Below are positions 54,422-64,000 of a stretch of 64,000 nt of DNA, one piece after another; positions within the stretch are counted from its first letter, which is position 1, and each line of letters starts with the position of its first letter. The DNA is taken from NCBI GenBank assembly GCA_023231475.1, contig JALJEE010002379.1, forward strand, positions 1-64,000, given 5' to 3'. Made by a program: the position numbers and the translations under genes. Below the pieces are notes generated by a model. That model did not search any database. It saw only the letters and a list, made by a program, of their open reading frames with translations, and was not told where the DNA came from. The DNA is from Seison nebaliae (Eukaryota).

Positions 54422-56267
54422 ATTCCTCCTTCAATAATCGTCAACGATTCTTCCGTGTTTGTGCACTTCTTGTGCACTTGTGTCTTCGTCACTATTTGCT
54501 TGAAATTTCTGCGCGTATTCTGTGTGGACATACGATACTCCTATTGTCTGAGGACGATCAGACTCTTGCAAGAATATTTGTCCGAGCACAACTGAATCAA
54601 TAGAATCACAATCTGACTTCTTCTTCCAAATGGGCGTGACATCATTCCATCATGATTCAACTGACCTGACAAACATTCGAAGGAGAAACAATTCAAAATA
54701 ATTACAGATTAATTTCATCGATTTTTTTGCGGAAAACCATCGAAGAAAGACGAAATAGGAAATAGAAAATTCTACAGGTAATTTCCTTCTCTCTTTTTTT
54801 TCTACAAATATGAATTTCTTCTAAAAATAATATAATGGGGAACAACGACCCAACTTCCTTCAGTCTTGAGGAATGTGTGGAAGACGAATTCTTTTCATTA
54901 AAATAAACCTGATTCCTCAAACTAATTTCATTTTCTTCTACTTCATTCTTAATAACATCACAGCTAATTATCATCTATTCAAATGAAATTATCATGCATA
55001 ATTCCATTTTTCATCTTCTCATCAATCATATCAGTAATGAAGTACAATCTACCATTAATATTAATACGTAAATAATCCTCTTCATCTTTATCTTCCTCTT
55101 CCAACCGTTATTTCCTTCCTTCCTCACATTCAACTTATTTCTCTTCAATAAACCAATTCCTCCTCATGCATAGCCACTTTCCATCTTTATCTGATGTGCG
55201 ATAACGTCGAACAGATGCAAAAGATAAACGATATATCATATGCGGATAACTGAAATTTGTACCATCAATTCGAATAACTGTTACATTTTCTTCCTCTCGA
55301 ACAATGAGGGAGGGGGAGATATATAGTTAGATAAGTAGATGAGACGACTAGCAAGGACAAAAGAAAAGAAGAAAGGAATGATATAATGTTTGATCTAAAA
55401 TTGTCAAATTATTTTCTTCTAAATCACCATGCAAAACGATGGATTATAATATAAGCAGGCGAACACATTCCTTCCCATACACATCTCTACAAATATGTAA
55501 ATGAACTTCATTCAATATTAATCAGCAACTCCAACAATGACAATGAGACCAACGAACAACAACACCCCTACTGCACTTAAACGACATTGAGACGATAAAG
55601 AATGGAACTGGGCGATTCTTCTAATGGCATTTTGGTATTAGCACCAGATGCAATTTCATCATCGCACAAAGATTAATATGGACTGGGGGAAACTTAAACA
55701 GTTTTAATAAAATTATTCTAATTTACATCGAGTGGATTATGTTACGAGTTAATGCACATTCATTTTCTACTTAACATTCCTCTTCTTCTTCTTTGTTCGA
55801 TACAATTTGGAGATTATGCACAAAACATATAAATTTATTGTATAACGTCCTATTAAAACAGTGGGAACGATTGGACTGGTAGTTAAACTAAATTTTCTTT
55901 CGATCTTCACATTTCTTCCAAATCAATATTACATCCACTTAACGTCACATGAAGGAATGAATTGGAACGATTGAATGAAGAATAAATCGACAAATAATTT
56001 TCTTAATTTTTTTTTGATTTTCTCATAAAAATTGATGAAAGAAAATTGGAAATAGTTCCTCCATCTTCTGTTGGAGGAGAAATGTCATTAATCCAAATTA
56101 TCATTAGTCTCTCATCCATTTCCACCCATTCTTTCCTCATCGACATTTGAATGTGAAAGAACGATGGTGATTGAATTTCCTTTTTGTGTCGATTTCCTAA
56201 AATATTTTCTCAGGCCAAATTTGCATTTCAACTAATTAGATTTCTCTCATTATTCTTCATAGTTCCT

Positions 56268-56352
56268 TCATCATCATCATCATCATCATCATCATTATCA
56301 TTATCATCCTCCTCATCCTCATCGTTGTCGTCGTAGTCGTCGTCGTCGTCGA
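56268..56352. repeat. Compound (TCA)n/(TCC)/(TCG)n trinucleotide tract
   Basis: Directly visible; reads as poly-Asp/Glu on the minus strand. Confidence 0.8.
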
Positions 56353-58554
56353 CTGGAGAGTGAAGAAAATTGAAGTGGATTTTTCATTTGATAATTTTTC
56401 TATAGAAAACTAGTTCCAATGCAATACTCGTCTTCTTTTCAGAATGATTATTCATTTTCTAATTAATTCCTTATCGTCTGACGGTTGTTCGATCGCTTAT
56501 TTAAAATTAAATAATTCTATTCAATTAAATTTGCTCATCAATGTCAATTTGTGTTGCGAGAAGGAATTCCGAATGAAATTTCTATAACCTCCACACATCA
56601 TTCTCTCCCAGTATATTAGAGGAGCATACCAATTATTATTTATTCTTCTTTATCACATTTTTCCATATTCAATGGAATCATGAGAAGAATGTAAATGATA
56701 GTTGGAAGCGAGAAAATCTTTAATAAGTATTTCTTTTAAGAAAACCAAGTAAGTTGAATGAAATGACTCGGTAATAAAAAAGAAATACGAGGACACTGAA
56801 ACAGATCTTTAAAAGTTCGAAGGAAATGAAAACCATTTGAAAGAGGAGATCGATTAAAATTGACGAAAATTATGGGAAGACAAGTTATTTCTACAAATGT
56901 TAAAGGAGGAGGAACACCTCCGAACGACTGTTATTTTTTTCTTCTCCTTCTCGACCATCTATCTATTTTCACCATCTTTTATTTATTTCCTTCTCGCACA
57001 CAAAAATTTTATGTTTCGTTTGGCGAGCTATTCGGCTCCTGTCACTTGTTGGGCTGATCATCTACATTTTAATATTTGATTCTTTTTCATTTGTTTATGT
57101 TCATCTCTCTAGCGCCTTTTAGGAGAAGTTCGCGAAAGAAATGTCACCTCCAAAATCTCTTCTAAATATTTAAAAAAAAGGGAAAAGGTGCAGTCGTTCA
57201 AATACTTATAAAGCATAGTCATTATAACAACAAGAACAACAGCGACAGCAATATAAATTGATCAGCATCGTCATCGACATGAAGAACATAATTATTATAA
57301 TAGTTACTTGAAATAATTCTAAGGAAATTGATGGGTGACTGGACAGAAGGAAATCGATCTTACTCATCATGAAACGATCAAATGTTAAAGGATAATAAAA
57401 TAGTCTTGAAGATATATATATATATATATACAGTATATCATTTTTATTTATTACCTGTGGATAGACGGAATGAGGAGAAAAGGAAATTTTAATTATTCAA
57501 CACAATATCGACAATAACAATAATTTGATAGTAAGAACATGAAATGAAAGTTTGAGTGAGAGTTCGTCTTGTGCACGACAAATGCATATTCAGGAGTAAA
57601 ATGCAGATCCTTTCCCATTGGTGTGGGTGATAAATGAATAAATAATTCTGTGCAACAAACTCTTCCCGCACACATTCGTTCTACAGCGGTCTTTTTTCCC
57701 ACACTATTTACATGTGCTGCGTATCCCTATGTATGTGTATATTTGTGTGTATGTATGTGTGTGTTTGTGTGTGTGAGTGGAAGAGATGAGAAATAACTGA
57801 ACTATAATACTACGACTATACTCGAAATACAGTTTGCTGATTTGGAATGGATGGGTAGAAGAATGGATGGATGGATATAAATAGATAGACGGAATTTCAA
57901 GGACATATGAAGTAAATTTGATAATTATATTACGTTGGGAACGGATATGACAAACTGGGAATTCGGTTAGCAGAGTTAGAGTGAAGGAACAATTTCCTAT
58001 TAGGAATTGACAATAGAAGACAATGGAATAAATTGAGAAATATTAACTACCGTTTTAACGAATAACATTATAATTAACAGTATCATCGTGCTTCCATTCT
58101 TCATATAAGTGTGGGAGAATTGTTTAAATTTTAATCATCCTCATCATGACTGGCACCAATCATTCACAACATGATCTATTTCAATTAGTCTCCCAAACAC
58201 CCTTCCAACACATGTAAATCAATCATTAGAAAGTCAATTTAAATTTAGAGCATGATTTGTTTCAATCAATTTACTTTTCTTTTCAATTTAACCTTTCAAA
58301 TTTATAGTGACCACATACAACTAACCAATCAACAAATTTAATAAACTTTCTAAATATCCGCAAATAAACATTTAATTCTAGCAGAATATGAATGAAATGG
58401 GAAAACAAATTCCATCAGCTGATATTTGAGCAGAATGAACAAAATTGTGTATGTAAACTTTTTCCCCATAATAACCTTCAAGTCTCCTCAATTATTACTT
58501 CCAAATTTCTCTTAAGGATCTATACTAACAATATAATCGAACATATAACAATCA

Positions 58555-59252
58555 TTATTATTATTTATTAATTAGAATTCCCGTTGGGATAAATGTGAAA
58601 AAATGGAAAAAAAAATATTGTCTTCCTCGGTGTCAATAAAGAGTCTCAATTGATCGAGGGAAGCACGTTCGATTTGTAGTGCGAAAGTGGAATCGTATGT
58701 GAAGATAAAATATTTAAAATCTGTAAGAGAAATGTTTCAAGATAACCCATAGTATCTGACAGTGTATGTGAAAACGGACTGGATTTGAAAAGGGTAGATT
58801 ACGGAAGGATGGTTGACAAATATGTCGGAATTGTTAAATTTATCAACAAGTGAAAAAATACGACGGCACATAATAATGGGAAGTGGTAAGAAATTCACTG
58901 TGGCGAAAAGAATTGAACTGTTACATCTATGAAAGCAGCAAATTATTCTCCTAATGAGTCAATTATAGGCCCGATCCATAGACAAGAAAAAACGATGGGA
59001 ACATAGAAAAATGGTCTCCAGGGAATACAGTGTTAGCACCAGACTTCTGAAAAGTGAAAGGCGGATCTTCAACGAAACGAATTTAGATTTGGGAGAGAAG
59101 GAGAAAAAAGCCTTGCAACCTTGAATTTGTTTCGGATACGACTGATCGCGGATGAAGAAAAAGATCGCATATCGATCAGCGAGCCTAAGAAGATAGTAGA
59201 AGAAGCAAGCTGAATGCTCGAGAATGAGCGATTACGAGTTGAGAGTAACCAT
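58555..59252 (-). mobile_element. 5'-truncated LINE 3' end, copy 2
   Basis: IQLASSTIFLGSLID (RT-end YLG-like motif)...KIRLSLFRSLVLTLYSLETIFLCSHRFFLSMDRAYN*LIRRII...HLSQREF* followed by a (TAA)n tail. Homologous to 373-750. Confidence 0.75.
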
Positions 59253-59839
59253 TATGAGTAATATTTAATTAACAATCTAATAATTATATTCACGTTTCTT
59301 ATTAATCAATAAATTTATTAAATGTCTATTAGACATTATTTTTTCGTATTATCAGTAAAATTTCGGATTAAAAAATTTTTTTCAAAATAATTACACATTT
59401 CCGTCAGCAGATTACCTGAAACCCCATGGAAAAAATAAAGCTGAAAATGAACTAAACTAAGCTTACAAGCTAGATTGTTAGTTATAAGTGTACGAAAAGA
59501 ATATTTGAACTTATCATTCTCTAATTATGTTGGATATGTGTAATTTCCTCCTTTAATTTAGCCTGATCTACAGTAGTGTCATTTGGAGGAAACCGATTAT
59601 TAATATCTATAATACCAAACCATTTCGTGTTATTTGGAGACTTCTCAAATTGCTGATATTTCAAGGTCATTCACCATCTTTGTCCTCAATATTTCTTTTC
59701 CGAATTATTAAAAAACCGCCAAGATAATATTTATTTATCGACACATCGAAATGAGAAATATGATAAGAACATCGCTTTAAATATGACATTGGGAACGATG
59801 TATCATTTGTTCCTATTTAAATCTGATCAATTCATATTA

Positions 59840-61123
59840 CACTGTGTTTCATTAATTGTGGAACATAGGTAATCCCATGTATTACCAAGAAAAGCTTCAA
59901 AAAAAATTCATAAATTGTGAGACAAAACTTTTTTTACTTGTTTTAACCTTATTTTTAGGGCTATATTAAGAATTTAAATTGGAAATTGCAAATAAAACAC
60001 TCATAATTTGAAAATGACTAAATCAGAAAAACTAAGTGAAGATTTACAGTCAGCCATTTTACAGGCCTATAAAGGCAATAAAACTATGAGGCAGGTTTCC
60101 AAAGAATTAGGTGTCTCTTTGGCGACAGTGAGATGAATTTGCAAGATCGGAGAGGTAACGCCCGATCGTAGAAAAGAAAATTTGGATCGCCCCTTGCTCA
60201 TAAATCGACGAACGAAACTGAAAATCAAAAAATTCGTTTTCGGCAATCGCCGTTCCAACGTGAAAGCAGTTATGGACAGATTTAATTTAGAATATTCGAA
60301 AACGACCGTTTGGAGGACAATCCGTCGAATTGAATTCGAGTCGAAAGAAATGAAGGAGAAGCCGCATCTGACAAAAATGCACAAAAAGAAAAGATACGAT
60401 TTTGTGCGGCATCAGGTTGTCACCCCACCTCGTTATTCTACAATAATTTTTACCGATGAGAAGAAGTTTTCTCTTAGTGTACCCGATTCGTGCCGAAGAT
60501 ATTGGCATCATTCTTCAGATGACAGTTCCATTAGGTACTGTTCCGGCGCTAAGAATTACAAGTCGGGCTTGATGATTTGGGGCGCTATTTCGGAAAGAGG
60601 TGTAATATCCTTAGTCCGAATAAATGGAATTATGAACTCTATGAAATATAAAGAGATGTTGGAACGAGATTTCTTACCAGAAGTTAGAGCAAAAATGGGA
60701 AATGAATTCATTTTCCAGCAAGACGGTGCTGCAGTGCACACGTCAAGATACTCAATGGGAAAAATGAAGGATATGGGTTGGAAATTATTTGACCATCCTG
60801 CACGTTCACTAGATTTAAATCCCATTGAGAATGTTTGGGGGCTGTTAACCCAGAAAGATTTTGTGAATAACAAAGTTTTTGCAAATACTGAAGAATTATG
60901 GCGAAAAATTGAATATGAATGGTCGAAATTAGATACATCATTATTTATTAATCTTTATAATTCTGTTCCGAAAAGATACTTAGCTTGGTGATAGCTGATA
61001 ATAAGAAAGGTGCTTGGATAGATTATTAAATAAACTTTTTTTTCACAATTTATGAAATTTTTTTGAAGCTTTTTTTGATAACATATGGGATTTCCTATGT
61101 TCCACAATTTATGAAACACAGTG
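59840..61123 (+). mobile_element. Full-length but inactivated Tc1-family (DD34E) DNA transposon, 1284 bp
   Basis: ~85-bp imperfect TIRs starting CACTGTGTTTCAT; TA on the left flank, AA on the right. Transposase from ATG 60014 with TGA at 60134-60136 and a frameshift near 60985. Motifs FTDEKKF, FQQD, LNPIE with 34 residues between D and E. Confidence 0.95.
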
Positions 61124-64000
61124 AACCTCTTAAAAATTTATAATTTTGGAAGAACAATAATTGGAATACCTTAATGGAATTGCGAAGAGTTTTATGAAGA
61201 ATTGAGAGTCTAAATCAATATCGGATATGCTTATTTCAAATGTTGCACTAATATTTTTTTCTATATATGCATCCCATAAAATAGTATAAGTGGAAAGAGA
61301 ATAATAACATGCAAAATTTTGGATTGAAAATATTTCCCATTTACAATCGAACGAAAATTTGAAGGAAAACTCAACACACATTTTTTAACAAAACAATTTT
61401 CTTCATTTTATAAATTAAATATATTTTCCGTTTTCTCGATTTTCTTCTTTTTTTAATATAATTTCCGATTTCCGATTTCCGATAAATGATTCATTTTCTC
61501 CAAAGTAAAAATAATAATAATCATATTACGGAAATGTTCTTCTTTTATTCTAGTGGAGATTCTGGAAATAACTAACGGACTTATCATATTCTCATAAAAA
61601 TTATTTATATGAACTGAGCCTACTATTGAAATAGTCGAAATAAAGGAAGGAGTTGGGAGATAATTGTTATAATTGAAAAAGTTCAAATTATCTTTAACCA
61701 TCAATCAATTATGTTGACGGTTTTTATTCAGATGAAAATTTCCTGAATGATTCGATCGATTTATGATTATGGTGTTAGCGTTTTCTTCATTTGTTGTGTA
61801 TTGATTATCAGGATTGATTATTGAAAATAAACAAACATTTATTTTAATTTGGACAAGTTGTTAGTCAATCAGAAAAGTTCCTTTGAGTATAGTCCGACTA
61901 ACTCCAGTTATTAGTTGACTGGCCTTCGACACTTTCGCTAACTTTCCTTAACTGACAGTTTTGGAGAGATTAATGCATGTCATTAGTTAGAGTTTCCAGT
62001 GAAAGTCCATCAAATTTTTTTAGGATATTATCATTTTATTTGTGAGATTTGTTGACTGTGGATCACCACAATTTCATCACAATGGTTGGCAAGGTTTGTT
62101 TGGTGTATAATAAAAATGAAGAATGGTCGAATTAGATGGTGAGTATGTGAAGTTTAATTAGTCATCATTCATCTGACCATCATCAGTTAAATACAAATTA
62201 TACATATTTGATTTAATGAAAAATAATTTCGATAAGTTAAGTTGAATATTGTTGAATAATTGAGTTGTCCTCTGGTAAGACAAGGAGATGCTTGTCAAAC
62301 AGGAAATGAATTGATAATGAAAACAAATAAATGATTCTCTTTTGTCGATGACTCCATTGTTGTTGTTGTCGTCGATTTCAGTTATATTGGATGGTCGTTT
62401 CGACGAAGGAGAGAAGAAGCTTTCGATCGTTTTTTCTATCAGATAACATTTCTGATGTCACCTATTTCTATCAGTACATTTCGACTGATGAGGAAGAAAA
62501 AGAAATGTTGATGTTCTAATAATTCGATTATGAATGGGAGTGAAGAAAGTGACTTGAAACAATTAATAGAAAGGAAATTTCAGATTGTCCCCATCATTAT
62601 TTTCCAATTAGGCTGTGAAGGATATGAGGAAAGAATATGAGATAAATTACTCGGAAAAGTGATTAGAAGAGAATTTATTAATTAAGAGAATCAATTCGCT
62701 TATCAACTCCTAATTCAAAAGAAGTGAGAATAATTCGAACAAAATTCTCTCGTCCATCGACGAACGATTCGATATGTTATTATTCTTTTTTTCTTTTGAG
62801 ATAAAATTCGAACGAATTGAAATACGTTTTGACCTCGAACCGATCTATTCAAATTAGAATGACTGAACATTATATCAATATTGTGTGAGAGATTCGAATC
62901 GTTATTATCAATCACATATCCATTTGCCAATACGTGTATGGACGGGAGCGAGGTGTTTATAGAAAGAAATTGTTTAATTTCTAACACCATTTCCTTCATT
63001 GTATTTCATGATTATTAGACAATATTAACGATATATCAATCATTTTTTCATCTAATCAAATATTAATTGATCACGATCATGATAATCGCATTGATAAATG
63101 ATGAGCAAACTATCAAATTTTTTTTCACATTTTTCTTAGAATTTCTCATTCATTATTTCTGCACTCACCATCAAAATTCTTTCTCTAAATGATAAATGTA
63201 CAGGTAAACAAACAACGAATAATTCGTGTAGGTTCATCATTTCACGTCGTCGTCGATGTCGTCGTCGTCATCAGTTGGGGGTAAGCTTCATCTTTTTTCA
63301 CCGCCACCGCCAATTGACTTATATTTGTGGGTGAGGGATGATTAGAAGAGAATTTTTAGTTTCGATTTCGACGAGAGATTTGTATAGAGAATTCTAATTA
63401 TTTGAGATAAAGTGAAAGAGTTGAAAGTTATTTAGAGACATGCTAATCACTTCTTCATGTTAGAAGTGGAGATAAATATAAATAGAATGATATCATATAT
63501 GGATGATGACGTTACCTTGTCGAGATTTCGTGAAGCAGATGTCAGATCTTGTCAAAAGGAATAAGTCAGTTGACTTCGTATCCCCAATAGCTATGCCATA
63601 CATTTGTCGAGGTGTCGTATTCATAATTCGAGTTTGCAGAGATCACATATAATAGATTGATTGAGTGAGCTTAGGAGTATTGTGATTGTTAGTGAAATCA
63701 AGTGGATATAATCCTCAGCTACATAAGTCGATATCCATAAATCTACATAATATGATGTAGAGAAAATCGAGAAAATATTTAACGAACAAGTCAGATCTCT
63801 TTCTTTTGACATCGCATACTTCGATTCTTACACGATCTACATCGAACGTGGAGGATGGTGTTGACGCAACAATTATTGAATCATAATCTTATGGAGATAA
63901 TTTAGTGCTAACGAACATATAATGACGATGATTGTTGATTTGTTATATAAACAAATTCATCAGAAGGATCAGAACTATTTCTCCCAAAGACGACGACTCA

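Noticed and set aside
62715..62999. 94-aa ATG-initiated minus-strand ORF
   Set aside because: No family motif or supporting exon structure.

Overview
AT-rich, gene-dense animal nuclear DNA, not prokaryotic: no rRNA, tRNA or CRISPR array was recognised. Compact genes with mostly ~42-80 nt introns suggest a small-genome invertebrate; a syndermatan/rotifer-like source is a guess, not shown. By splicing exons manually I reconstructed about 21 protein-coding genes: extended synaptotagmin-like, COX6A, a PPP1R21 C-terminal fragment, SLC35B3, a BEN-domain protein, NAA10, WDR34/DYNC2I2, an EF-hand-like protein, calaxin/EFCAB1 (absent from the ORF track), G-protein gamma, RPS12, a ~1419-aa secreted acidic/basic repeat protein, LRRC47, tektin-1, LMBRD2, TIA1/TIAR, a SAM-SAM/degenerate-GTPase-like protein, two convergent neuropeptide-like precursors, a DCLK-type kinase and a TRMT9B-like methyltransferase. 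There are also decayed Tc1/mariner and LINE remnants. The strongest unusual signal is the intron grammar. By my manual count about 46 of about 51 reconstructed introns begin GTT rather than GTRAGT, many are pyrimidine-rich right after the donor, and about 9 end in purine-rich AAG; one is a GCT...AG intron. The TIA1 gene, whose product recruits U1 snRNP to weak donors followed by U-rich tracts, carries a candidate poison exon. All gene models and family assignments come from reading motifs by eye; no database search was run.
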